From Octopus sinensis (lineage: Eukaryota): DNA of 64,000 nt. Where the stretch lies: contig NC_042998.1 in assembly GCF_006345805.1 (NCBI RefSeq), positions 100,006,001 through 100,070,000 on the forward strand, given 5' to 3'. The first letter of the stretch is position 1, and the number at the start of each line of letters is the position of its first letter. The notes beneath the pieces were generated by a model. The model saw only the letters and a list, made by a program, of their open reading frames with translations, did no database searches and had not been told where the DNA came from. Both the position numbers and the translations under genes were made by a program. Shown here piece by piece: positions 1 to 12,443 of this stretch.

Positions 1-44
1 TTGATGAAATATATACATTATATATATATATAATATATATATAT

Positions 45-150
45 CATCATCATCATCATCTTTTAACGTCCATTGTCTGTGCTAGCACAGGTTGGATGGT
101 TCAACCGGGGTCTGGGAAGCCAGGCGGCTGGATGCAATTCCTAACGCCAA
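45..150 (-). mobile_element. Internally deleted RTE-tail / SINE-like fragment with (CAT)n tail
   Basis: (CAT)n-ttaacgtcc...ggttggatggttcaac motif shared with many copies in the window. Confidence 0.7.
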
Positions 151-261
151 TATATATAAAGATGTGAAGTAAAATACATATATTTTTATTATTCATAAAT
201 TTATGTCACTTTTTTTTACTAATAATTACAATGTCTATTATTTCTGAAATGGTCTTCACAG

Positions 262-363
262 GAGGCCACCATGTTGGCAAGTAGTGATGAAAATGAAAGC
301 AGTACAGTGCAGGACATCAAAGATTTGGAATTTCGAGTAACACAGGATCTTAACCAGTTACAG
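262..363 (+). CDS. DHX34: DHX34 RNA helicase, first exon visible in window (gene begins upstream)
   Basis: ttcacag|GAG ... CAG|gtaaat; EATMLASSDENESSTVQDIKDLEFRVTQDLNQLQ resembles recalled human DHX34 DIQDVKFKLRHDLAQLQ; phase 0-0, joins next exon in frame. Confidence 0.85.
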
Positions 364-1165
364 GTAAATTTGACTGTGATGTGTGTGTGTGTGTGTGTGT
401 ACTGATGCATTATTTTTTCAAATTTCCTTAAATATGTCTTCACACTGCTTCCTTTGTCCTCTTAATGTGTGCTTTCCTTCATTTGGTTGGGAGTAAAACA
501 GTTGTTTGGACAGCCAATGCTCTGCCATCCTCATAGCATGACCAGCTCATCAAAGTTGATGTTGCTAACCATATATCCACTACAGGAAATATCAGCTTGG
601 TCAAGCATGCTGACATTTCTCCATCTATTCTGCTGCTTAGTATGCATGATGTTCATCAGACATCTTTGTTGATAATATTTCGAATTTATGAAGATATTAC
701 CTATAAGGTGACCAGGTTTCAGAACATATAAAACTGTGAATGCAACAACTACACTATGTCCCATATATTTGGTTGTTTGTATCAGAGCATGGTCTTCACA
801 TATCTTTTCAAACAGTCAAAGATTGCATGAGCACATTTCATCTGGTGTTGAATCTCCTCATCTTTTTCTAAATTCTATGATAGGTAACAGGCCAGATGAG
901 GAAATGCTCTATATTTTTCACCACTTGTTCTTATACCCAAATAGTTGGACCAGCTTCTTACTTGGCAGGTATTTGTTGATGCAAGACTTTTATTTTATTT
1001 TATCTATTTTGAGAGTTTGACTCATGCTCTCATATTTTTCAATGAAAATACCAGTAACTGTCAATAGTTCTGCTTAAGTCTCATTAACTGCAACATCATC
1101 TGCATACTGGAGTTCAGTTTCCAATGTGACCCATGCCAGCATGGAAAACGGACGTTAAATGATTT

Positions 1166-1600
1166 ATCATCATCATCATCACTTAACATTTGTTTTCCAT
1201 GGGTTGAATGGTTTGACAGGAGCTGGCCAATTGGAGAACTACCCAGGTTCCAGTTGTCTGTTTTAATATGGTTTCTATGGTTGGATGCCCTTCCCAATGC
1301 CAACCACTTTACAGAGTGTACTGGGTACTTTATACGTATAACCAGCTCAGGCATTTTTACATGGCACTGACATGGGTGCTTTTGTGTTGCACTGGCACTG
1401 GTATGGTTGCCCTTACTAGTGCTTTTTCATGACACCTGCACCCGCAAGGTCCTCTCAACTGAGAGAAAGGTGTAGAGGACATGCTTTTATATATGGACAG
1501 CCACAGTTTTACTTAGCTTCACATATCTGCTTAAGCACAGCACACCACCAGAAGTCTCAGTCCCTTGTCATCTCCTCTGTGAAGTCCAACATCTGATTGT
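1166..1600 (-). mobile_element. RTE LINE 3' end (degenerate)
   Basis: (CAT)n tail, ggatgcccttcccaatgccaaccac core, LINE 3' UTR-like sequence; boundaries approximate. Confidence 0.7.
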
Positions 1601-2479
1601 GGGTTCTAATATACCCGCAAGCCAACTAATATCTTTTGAATAAGTCTGGTTCATGGAAACTGCAAGAAACCTCTCATGTGTGTGTGTGTGTGTAACTGTT
1701 GATATTCCATACTTGTCACCACTTGAGTGAAATGGTAAGGTTGACATTCCTTGTTGACATTATGACTAGTTGTTCTGTGCTTTTGAAGACTTGTGGCAAC
1801 TTTTAAAGTCAGATGAAAAAAGCATCTGACTGTAAAACATTATCTCAGAAAACTCACCTGACCCATGCCAGTATGAAAAAGATGTAAACTATTGATGATG
1901 CTCATCATCACAAGCAGAGAGGGAGTACCAGAGGAATGTAGTTAATGTAGTTCTGGTTAGAAAAGATTAGGCTGGTCATTTAGCAGAAGGTTCAATGAAA
2001 CAAATAGAGAGAAGAAAAAACATGTAAAGTCCAGTAAAGAAATATACAATCAACAAGTTTAAAGGAGTTGCTGTTGAAACAGAAGAGACAGAGGAAGCAT
2101 CTTGCTCGAAAATAAATGAGCAGTGAGTGAAAGTTTGCAGACATCTTTGTTATATTTTCTATTTTGGTTGCTGATCGGAATATGTTTCTAAATGTTAAGT
2201 GCACTATCCTAGATATGTGTTCTATGTTCCAGTGAAAGGCAAACCTTACATCTTATCTAATGTCAGCAGTCATTCACAACTGAAGTGTCTTTATGATGCT
2301 TCATTGGTTTTGTGACATAGCAATTTCAATTCCTTATTATTTGGTAGAAGAGATTGGTAGTCCAAGAAGACTAGTGATATTCCATCTATTATACAGTGTT
2401 TGTATGTTTTATTTGTTAACTGGGTCTATGACCATACGTGGAGAGCAACACATCTGTTATATTACTTTTATACTTACAG

Positions 2480-2626
2480 GAAAGGAGCTATAAGAGCCAG
2501 ACCTTGAAAATTCGTCAGATTAACTTGTTAAAGATTATCCTCTGCAGTGGCCTTTATCCCAAAGTTGCTATTGCAGATGACTGTAACAACTACAAACCTG
2601 ATTCAGAACAAGTATTCCATACCAAA
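2480..2626 (+). CDS. DHX34: DHX34 exon (OB-fold region start)
   Basis: cttacag|GAA ... AAA|gtaagt; ...INLLKIILCSGLYPKVAIADDCNNYKPDSEQVFHTK matches DHX34 LLKLVLGRGLYPQLAVPD...DSDQIFHT. Confidence 0.95.
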
Positions 2627-3527
2627 GTAAGTTATGAATGCTTCTTCAATTTTCTTGAAGAAATTTAAATAAAAGTCTGTCAGTTTACCTCTCATTAGAA
2701 CACCTGAACCTAGCAGTTATTTTTAAAATATATTCACTGCACATACTATCTGAAAGTATTGTATCTATTTGTCTGTCTGTCTGTCAGTCTATCTCCTCCC
2801 TACCTACCTATGCTCCCACCTACCTACATACCTACCCAAACCCATCCATCATTCCTAAAATGTTAACTAATTTCATAGCTGAAATGATGTTGCATTGGTC
2901 AAAATATTAACTCTTGAATGCTCTTTTTGTCTAGATTTAAAAACGATTTATGAGGAGATACTAATCTCTTTAAAAAAAGAAAAATGAAAATCTAATTAAA
3001 AGTGTTTCATTACTTTCATTGTATGCTTTGCCATAGTTTGCAGGCTCCGTTTTTGATGATGGCCTACATGTATGTGAACGGTCCATATCAAATTCTTTAT
3101 GCACAGAGAAGATGAGTTGATGCAACTATAGCAGGTTCCCTTACAAACACACTATCTCTGAAATAAAGCTCTAATACCGCCTTTAAAACAAAATGCCTAG
3201 TAACCCCAATCTGTGAGATATCTGTTATTTTGATTTTGCAAAATAATTCTTTATTTGTAAAATATGCCTCAGCTGCCCTTTGGACAACATAACTTCTATG
3301 ATATCAGAGTGTGTTTCCCTTGCTCCTTTCATATTAAAAATATCTCCTATGGTTATATAGAGTATACCTTTACCTATTTCAGAATAAATGGTCTTCTGTG
3401 GTAATACAGAGTGTTCCTTGTTATTGCCATTATAAAACATCTCCTATGACAATGTAGGGTGTACATCTACCTGTTTTAGACTAAAAGTGACTTCTATAAC
3501 ACAGGGTGTATATTATACTGTTTTCAG

Positions 3528-3667
3528 AATAAAAGCTTCCTTTTACTTCACCCAACATCTGTGTTCTCCAGTCAACCAGACCTACTTCAACTTCCAGATA
3601 ATGATACCAAAGTATGCTCAGGCCAGAAAGGTGTGATGAGTTCTAAACATGAATTGCTTTCATTTGT
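3528..3667 (+). CDS. DHX34: DHX34 exon
   Basis: ttttcag|AAT ... TTTGT|gtaagt; NKSFLLLHPTSVFSSQPDLL...GVMSSKHELLSFV matches DHX34 LHPTCVF...KMSSKHQLLSFV; phase 0-2. Confidence 0.93.
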
Positions 3668-4460
3668 GTAAGTTTTAAACTTTATGAATTTTATTTTCTG
3701 ATAAAAAGTTTCTTCTTTATAAAAATGTTTGTCAAGAATGTATAATGGAGACTTGCAGCCAACTCTCTGTTGAATCACATACTTCCAGCTTATAAGAAAA
3801 AAGTTTGGGGTGGGGGATCCTGGATAATGGAAAATAGATGGTCATGGCTGGGATGTCTTTGATCATAGTTCTGTTCAATCAGGGTTAATTTGAAGCTAAA
3901 CAAGTTAACCTATGATTAAAGATGTTCCAGCTTTGACCATCCTCTATTGTCCTTTATGCAAGATGAACAGGGAGGTGAGGGTGATGGCAATGATAATGGT
4001 GATGACAGCATATGTAGAACTGTATTTGATTGGAAGACCAAATCTGTGGAGAGTTGCCTGTATCAAAAAAGGCCAAACTGACAAGAGAAACACACACACA
4101 CATATTATATATTTATGTACATATACATACACAATATGCTTCTTTTAGTTTCCATCTACTAAATCCACTCACACGGCTTTAGCTGACCCAAGGCTATAGT
4201 TGAAAACACCTGCTCGAGATGCCATATGGTGGAACTAAACCCAAGACCATATGGTTTAGAAGTAAGCTTGTTAACCGCACATCCATACTTGTGCCTATGT
4301 GTCTATTCATATCAGCACAAAATAGTGAATGTAAAATCATGAAAAAAAGAAATAGATGCAATCATTAATATAAATGTTGATACTAAACATGTAACAGAGC
4401 TTATTGTGTTGTATTTGAAATAACATTGCTTGTTTCTTATTTTATCTATTGATTAATCAG

Positions 4461-4571
4461 TTCCATTCTTGAAACAAATAAACCATACCTAATGAACGTG
4501 ATGCGAGTACCAGCTTTGCAAACAACACTGCTATTTTGCTCCAGTCTGGACAGTAATTCACAATGTACCAG
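4461..4571 (+). CDS. DHX34: DHX34 exon
   Basis: taatcag|T ... AG|gtaagt; [37 protein letters not shown] matches [32 protein letters not shown]; phase 2-2. Confidence 0.95.
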
Positions 4572-5284
4572 GTAAGTGGTAACATTTCATTTTACAAAAT
4601 CTTTTGTTTTATTCTTCACTGGAAATCAGTAGAGCACCAGAAAGACTGCCTTGCAATATGCTGTTACAGTCCTATAAGTTCTCACCACATAGAAAAATCC
4701 AATACAGAAGAGTATAAGGCAGAATTCTATGCAGATGAAATCCGATCCGATCCGATTGATGAAATTATTTCATGAGTATATAAACTATAAAATGTAATCC
4801 TTAGGGTTACAGCTGTTTCACAGCCTTCATCATGTGATAATAGTTTCATTGTATAATAAATTATTTCACATGTCTGCTCTAATATGCATGCTAATCATTG
4901 TACTATTGTATTGCATATGCATAGCATGCATATTAGTGCAGACATGCAAGCATAATTTATTAAACACTGAAATTATTATTACATAATAAAGGCTGTGAAA
5001 TGGCTGTAATTCTAAGGATAATGAGTGGTTAAAAAAATATATTTACCTCTTTTACCTTATAAATTTTTATGGTTTCATAGATCACTAGCCACTACACATT
5101 CTTTATTTTCTCTCCTTGTTTCTTTCTGTATTCCTTTTTCCGTGGAACAGTTTAGGCTCAAAACGTTAAAGACTTTTTCACTTCCTGAGTGTTATACTAA
5201 TACATCTGTTTGTTGTTTACACCACCTGTCTTCGTCTTTTGTTTTTTTATGAATTCTCCCCCCCCCCATATATATATCTATCTT

Positions 5285-5664
5285 ACGTACTGGTGGCATG
5301 TAAAAAGCACCAACCGATCGTGGCCGTTACCAGCCTAACATGGCACCTGTGCTGTTGGCACGTAAAAAGCACCATCTGTTCGTGGCTGATGCCACCGCCG
5401 CCTTGGCTGGCTTCCATGCCAGTGGCATGTAAAAAGCACCAACTGATCGTGGCCGTTGCCAGCCTCCCCTGGCACCTGTGCCGCTGGCATGTAAAAAGCA
5501 CCCACTACACTCACGGAGTGGTTGGCGTTAGGAAGGGCATCCAGCTGTAGAAATGCTGCCAGATCAGACTGGAGCCTGGTGCAGCCTCCTGGCTTCCCAG
5601 ACCCCGGTCAAACCATCCAACCCATGCTAGCATGGAAAACGGACATTAAACAATGATGATGATA
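5285..5664 (+). mobile_element. RTE LINE 3' end with about 3 internal ~61-bp subrepeats and (GAT)n tail
   Basis: ggaagggcatccagctgtagaaa core, subrepeat aaaaagcacc..gtggccgttgccagcc, CpGs retained (relatively young). Confidence 0.8.
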
Positions 5665-5961
5665 TATATCTATATATATATATATATTTCATCAGTATGT
5701 ATCAGCAAAGTATATAAGCATTAACAAGAAAACTGATAAACTACTATTTCATGGACTCCCTTTAATATATTTGTTTTACATCTAGTTATAGATATTCCTT
5801 TGTCCCTCTGATCTATTGGAAATACAATGAACCAGTGATTGGCATGTTGGTAACCTCCAACCAAAGATACTATTTTTCACCAATTGTATTATAAAACAAA
5901 TTTTAAAAAAATCTAACATGTCATGTTAAATGAAATATGATGTTTTAATTTTATTTCACAG

Positions 5962-6083
5962 AATAGTGTGTGATGGTTGGCTTGAGATATCGTTTGCTGA
6001 AGCAGATGTTGCCCAACACATAATATCAAGTGTTTTGCATCTCAGAGCAGCTTGGAATAATTTACTCAAGTTAAGGCTTGAAG
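5962..6083 (+). CDS. DHX34: DHX34 exon
   Basis: ttcacag|A ... G|gtgagt; IVCDGWLEISF...SVLHLRAAWNNLL matches LVADGWLELQL...LRLRARWE; phase 2-1. Confidence 0.94.
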
Positions 6084-7030
6084 GTGAGTCTTGTTTAATT
6101 TGTTCACTGCATCCTATGTTGTTCATTATACCTAGAGTGAGAAGACTTACACAATTAGTTCTTTTGTATAGGCATGGGCATAGCTGCATGGTTAAGAAGT
6201 TTCCCAACCAAATGATTTCAGGTTCAGTCCCACCAGATAACCTCTTTGACAAGTATCTTCTACTATAGGCCCTGGTGAACAAAAGTCTTGTGAGTGGATT
6301 TGGTTGACTGTAACTAAAAGAAACTTGTTGTGTGTGCCTGTGTGTGTGTATGTATGTATATATATGTGTGCGTGTGAGAGAGAGAGAGAAAAGGAGTACT
6401 TGTATTTCTTTAACACCACACGATAGTTATAAACAAACATCACCATCATATAAGCAGTGTACCTAATTTCCAATCTTCTATGAAAGAATGCTCAGTCATG
6501 CTTGGAAACAGTTATGGGTTGGTGACAGGAAGGGCATCTGACTAGAAAATCTGCTGCAACAAATTCTGTCTGCCCCAAGCATGGAAAAGTGAATGTAAAA
6601 ACAACGGTGATACTTTATTGTTTTCATTCAATGCCTTTAAACATCAGCAACATTCCTGAGTATAATTATAATACTAATGTTCCATCCAGACATCTGTTTG
6701 TGTTTTACGCAACCAGTTAAAAAATTAAACCAAATACTCATAAAAATAAAACACACTTGTATAAAACTGGCAAATTTTCACAAGCTTCATGGTACCTTTG
6801 TAAATGTATAATTACACTAACGTTTAAGAATAAATACCAGTGATGTTTTTGTTTTTTTAATCAGACTTATTTTCTGGTAATTATTGGTTGCATTACAAAA
6901 TTAACTGAATCTTTTATCTTTATATATGTTTAAGAGTTCAGTGGGATTTTCTTCCTTTCCTTTCTTTTTTTTTTTTTGTCACTGGAAACAGATTGTCCAT
7001 CGTGACATTTCTGTGTAAATAGATTGTTAA

Positions 7031-7503
7031 CCCTTTAGCATTCAGATTATTCTGTCAAATATAATGCTTATTTATTCCCATTGTTTTGTATTCGATCAAG
7101 ACCCCCTTCGGTCACAACACAGACCATGGGATTGCACCTTGAAAGTTATCTTTCCAGGCACAAGTCCGAGCTAGGCTGTTTATGGAAGACCAGCAGTCGC
7201 CCATGCATATCGGCCTCCCCTCTCCACGCCACCAGTGTTATCCAAGGGAAAGACAAAGGCCGATGCAGCTTGGCACCTGTGATGTCGCAACTCATTTCTA
7301 CAGCTGAATGAACTGGAGCAGCATGAAATAAAGTGTCTTGCTCAAGAACACAACATGCAGCCTGGTCCGGGATTCGTGCTCACAACCTCACAATCGTAAG
7401 CTCGACTCTAACATTGTAAGGAAGGTGAAAGAGGTTGGATCTAGCTGGTTTGAAATTAAACACATAAAATATCTGGGCCAGATTTTTTCAGCTTAAATGC
7501 TAA
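7031..7503. mobile_element. piggyBac-type MITE interrupted by a SINE (about 7090-7410, minus strand)
   Basis: TTAA|CCCTTTAGCATT left end; right part matches the reverse complement of the 17029-17231 copy. Confidence 0.6.
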
Positions 7504-8642
7504 TTATCCTGTCTGACTGAGGAAGATGAGAAAAATAAACCATAAGCAGATACATAATGACATCTCTTGACCCAAATTCTGTGCTATTGAACTTCTGTGA
7601 ATCCCAAGGAATGGAAAATGTTGCTCACCATTAATCCCTGTTGCTCCTTTCTGTATCATATCACTTTTCTCAGATTGCAGCATGTTATTTGAGGAAGATT
7701 TAACTGATATTTCTCAAAAGTCAAGAAACCATATAACATTCCTTGAATGTCATGACTCACTTTTACCTTTCTTTTTTTAACTATTAATCTCTTTTTTTAT
7801 ATCTATCTTTATTGCCACTGAAGGGCATGTCTGAGGATCCTATCTGAAGCAACTATTAGTAAATGTTCCAGCTGGATCCTCAAGTATGGCTATGGATATT
7901 ATCAAACCAAATCACTTGTGATTCACTCCTAGGTCTTTTGCCAATAGAACTTGTTTCTAAAAATCTCTCCTGTGATCCCTTCCTCTCCTGTGATTCCCTT
8001 GACCTGGAATGACTCCTTAATCTCTAAGCTATACACTCTAGCAATCTTTCAGAGACCTTTCATTTCAGTCACCTGTATTCTTGATTGTACTCTTTTGATA
8101 ACTTCCCTAGATTTGTGACAATAGGTAAAGATAGCATAAAAACCAAATTAGTGTGATGGTAATCTTTGCTTGGCAGTTTGCTGAGCTTGAAAAGACATGC
8201 CTAACAAAGTAAAAGTGTGGTTGCCCTTGCATGGAGGCTCATCACTTGCAACCCTCTCCAGTTGAGCATCCCTAATCTCACAGGTTCATAAGTGCTGGGG
8301 TCATGTAAAAAGCACCCATACTGGTGCTGTGTAAATGCACCCAGTACACCCTGTAAAGTGACTGGCATTAGGAAGAGCATCCAGCTGTAGAAACCATGCC
8401 AAAACAGACATGGAGCCTGAACTGCCCTTCAGCTGGTCAGGTTCTGTCAAGCCATCCAACCCATGCCAACATGGAAAACAGACATTAAATAATGATGATG
8501 ATGATAATGAACTTTTGATTTTTTTTATTCACCTATCTTCCGTCTTCCGATGATCAAGCACCAACACTGGTGCATTTTTGCACCAATGACATTAATTTCT
8601 TGAATTAACAAAATCAAAAGAAACTGTTTTGATTATTTTCAG

Positions 8643-8792
8643 CTATAAATAAAGACGCATCAAGTTATCGAAAATTAGAGCAAGTTTTAGTGAAAAAATT
8701 GACTGAATTCCTTAGCAGTAAAGTATTATACAGCATTCGGAGAATACTGACAGCTGAACTGGAACATCTCTATGTTGGAACCCAAGTTGCAG
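8643..8792 (+). CDS. DHX34: DHX34 exon
   Basis: attttcag|CT ... G|gtaaca; LTEFLSSKVLYSIRRILTAELEHLYVGTQ matches [29 protein letters not shown]; phase 1-1. Confidence 0.92.
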
Positions 8793-9117
8793 GTAACAAC
8801 TGAGAACTTAAAAAATTTAAATTGTTTATTGTTTGCAAAATGTACCTTGCATTTCTCTTTCTCTGTTTATGTGTTTTCCTAAGCATTATATATGTGCGTG
8901 TGTGTTGAAATTAAAATAATTACATAGTGGAGGAGTCATGACAGATATTTAGAATACACATGTGTATCATTATAGTCAATTTTCTTTTACTTAGTAGAAT
9001 TGTGTCATACACTTGGAATCAAACTTTTTGATACTTTAACACAAAATGCTAATGTATTGTAGTGTAGAAGCAGAGATAATGACAGATGTGTGGGTTTTAA
9101 AGGAATATATATATATA

Positions 9118-9149
<32 letters not shown>

Positions 9150-9239
9150 ACGGAAAGCTTTATGAAAATAAACAAAAGACGAAGGCAGGTTTACGGAAAT
9201 AAACAAAAGACGAAGGCAGGTGGAATACAAACAAACAAT

Positions 9240-10160
9240 TAGGTGCTGGCATGGCTGTGCAGTTAAGAAGCTTTTTTCCCTGCCATGTGATCTTGGGTTC
9301 AGTCCCACTGTGTGGCACCTTGGGCAAGTGCCTCCTACTATCACTTCAGGGCTGACCAAAGCCTTATGAATGGAGTTGGTTGACAGAAGCTGAATGAAGC
9401 TTGTCATGTAGTGTGTGTGTGTGTGTGTGTATACATGTATACACACACATATATATGTATATGGTGAAGGCATGTGGCTTAGCAGTTAGGGCATTCGGCT
9501 CATGATTGTAAGGTCATGAGTTCAATACCTGGCAATGCGTTGTGTCCTTGAGCAAGACACTTTATTTCATGTTGCTCCAGTCCACTCAGCTTGCAAAAAT
9601 GAATAATACCTGTATTTCAAAGGGCCGGCCTTGTCATACTGTGTGTCACACTGAATCTCCCTGAGAACTACATTAAGGGCACACATGTCTGTGGAGTGCA
9701 CTTGCACTTTAATTTCACAAGCAAGCTGTTCCATTGATCGTATCAGCTGGGACCCTCATTGTTGTAACCGATGGAGTGCTCCTATATATATATATCCGTT
9801 ATATGCAATAGAAGTAATATCAGATTAAAATACCCTTCTATGTATCATGTTTAATGTAAAAAACTGGCACTCTATTGGCTACAATGACAAAGGTTCCAGT
9901 TGTACTGATTAATGGAACAGCCTGCTTGTGAAATTAACATGCAAGTAGTTGAGCACTCCACAAACACATATACCCTTACCATAGTTCTAACAAGGCTGGT
10001 CCCTTGAAATACAAGTACTACTCAGTTTTGCCAGCTAAGTAAATATGAGCAACATGAAATAAAGTAGCTTGCTCAAGGACACAATGTGTCAGGTCTTGAA
10101 CTCATGACCTTACAATTGTGAGCCAAATACCCTAACCAGTTAGCCATGCATCTTCACTGT
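9240..10160. mobile_element. Cluster of tRNA-derived SINEs (CORE-type 9240-9410 +, 9464-9785 +, about 9830-10160 -)
   Basis: A-box-like tggcttagcagttagg, B-box-like gagttcaatacc, core ttgggcaagtg..ctactat..gaccaaagcctt. Confidence 0.75.
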
Positions 10161-11430
10161 TTAATGTAAATACATCCTTAAAAGGCAAGTTACTGTGGTA
10201 TTTGTCCAGAGATAACTTTTCTTACGGACATGCTGTATTTAAAAACACAATAAATATCTGAGGAAAATGAAAGTCATCTCAGAAGCAGCCAGCAAAAACA
10301 GTAGATGCATTTCAGCCTAGTTGGACCTTATGAATGGCATAAAGTCCCGCTAGGACCTGAAAAAAATCTGTTGTACACAACACAAGGGAAAAACAAGGAG
10401 GATAATAAAATGGAATATAGGTGAATATATGAAGTAAGAGAGGGTGCAAAAGAAACAGTAGATAATACAGGGTAGGAATGAGAGAGATAAATAGATAGAG
10501 GAAAGGATGGCAGTAATGCAAAGAGAAAGGATCAAGCAGGAATATAGAGAAATATGAAATTTGGACCAAGTGAAATAAGGATAGAAAGAAAGGATGCTGA
10601 AGGATGATAAAAAAAACTAATAGAGAAGGTGGAACCATATGAGAGCCAAATGAGAATGGAACTATTGGATTGAAGAATTGGTGGTGGATGAAAGTGGAAG
10701 AAGGAAGAGTAGAGAAGTGAATGGGAAAAGAGCACTTGGAGGTGAGATAAATAAGTTGTGCAGGCTGAAGAATGAAAAGAGGATAAGAGAATGGTGAAAT
10801 ATGCCATAAGGTTAGCATTTGATCATTTATTTATTAATGATGGGGGAAAATAAATGTTGAAATAATATTAATTTTAGAAGTTGAGTCAGATATATATTTA
10901 ATTACCCAAAACAATTTAAAGACTTGAAATGATGAATTATTAAAATTATGTAGAATCATTAAAATAAGGTTATTCAATTTAAAATACAAGCTGTAAGTTA
11001 TATTTTAAGATAAGTGATGGCAGTAGAAAAGAAGAGAAGAAAGGATGAAAGGCAGAGGAGTGAAAAAGCAGTGTAGATTGAAGAGAGGAGGGTAGTAGAT
11101 GGATGGCTAATGCATCAGGTCATTTGTTGGCCACATGCTAATAAAGAATGGAAAGTAATGGGAAAAAATTTTGAAAGAATATTTTTCTTTGGAAAGCAGT
11201 GCAAACCATAAACTGATAAGAAAATAATTAAAATAATGACGACAACAACAATGATGGTGACCATCACCATCATCATCATCAGTATCACAACATTTGTTTT
11301 TCTATCTTTCTTTTTCATGTGCCACCTGATTTGTGAGGTCCATACTTTATCAATTACAGTTGTTTAAACTTATGTTTAACCTACAATGTCTTTTATCCAC
11401 TCTCTTTCTCTCTTTTCTCTCTCAAACCAG

Positions 11431-11527
11431 ACTATTCACTCCCAAGTATTTTCAAAAGCCAAGCGGAACACCAACTACACCCTGTAAAAGGTGGAGTCAT
11501 TATTAACAGCTTTTTTGTTTATAACTG
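11431..11527 (+). CDS. DHX34: DHX34 exon
   Basis: aaaccag|AC ... TG|gtaagt; LHPVKGGVIINSFFVYNC matches PHPTKGGYAVTDFLTYNC; phase 1-2. Confidence 0.92.
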
Positions 11528-12443
11528 GTAAGTTCATGCTGTATCTTTTACATGTCATTTAACCAATGAGGTAGCCTTAAAAGGATTACTTAATGTGCTA
11601 GAAACACCAGCAAAACGTATTTTTCATAAGGCTTGAGTTCAAATCTATTATAGAAGATTTATTGTATTTCTGGACAGAGCACTTTATTCTATTACTAGCT
11701 GTTGAGGATAGGTACCAAAATCATCTGGTAATGTTACCTGTGATAAATCAGAGTTTGCTTCAGAGGACATGTATCTCTCATTATCAGCATCATTCCTTAA
11801 AAGCCTTCTCAGGACTTTGAAGGTATTTACATTTTGTATATTTTTGATAACTGAGTACCACAAGATGCTGAAGTTTGTGTGCAAGAAACATTGGCTCCTG
11901 CATGTTTTACTGTTCTGTATTTGAGCCACTGAAAATTTTTCCACAACACCAGCAATTTTGGAGGGGAGGGTGTATGTCATTTACATTGACCCCAGTACTT
12001 GATTAGTACTTTATTTTATTGACTCCTAAAGGACGAAAAGAAAATTTGGTTTTCACAAGTCTTGAACTCAGAATGTAAAGAATTTTGTCTGGCACACTAA
12101 TGATTCCGCCAAGTCACTGACATTGATTTCTATCTTGTAATACAATGCTACAAAATTCTGAACAGGGAACAGTTGGTTAAATCAACCCCTGTACCTTATT
12201 GATATTTCCTTTTATTTATTTGTATGGATTAGTCTACTTATTTTCTCAGCCTCAGAAGAATAGATTGAAGTTGATCCCAGCAAGATTTTACCTCAATGCA
12301 CTTCTCTAGAATTCTACCTCTTCTGTCACTCCCTGCTCTTTTTGAGACTCAGATATTGCTCATTTATTAAAATATCCTTGGTATTTTCTCCAACAAGAAA
12401 TACTGGGCGATTCTTTTAATGTTTATAATGTTTTGTTTGACAG

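Noticed and set aside
9464-9540. tRNA-like sequences (also 16625-16740, 31925-32000)
   Set aside because: A and B boxes lead into SINE bodies; the cloverleaf is degenerate, so these are SINE heads, not tRNA genes.
10312-10818. 168-aa hydrophobic minus-strand ORF (and 34646-35158)
   Set aside because: Artefact of a polypyrimidine strand lacking stop codons; lies within an intron.
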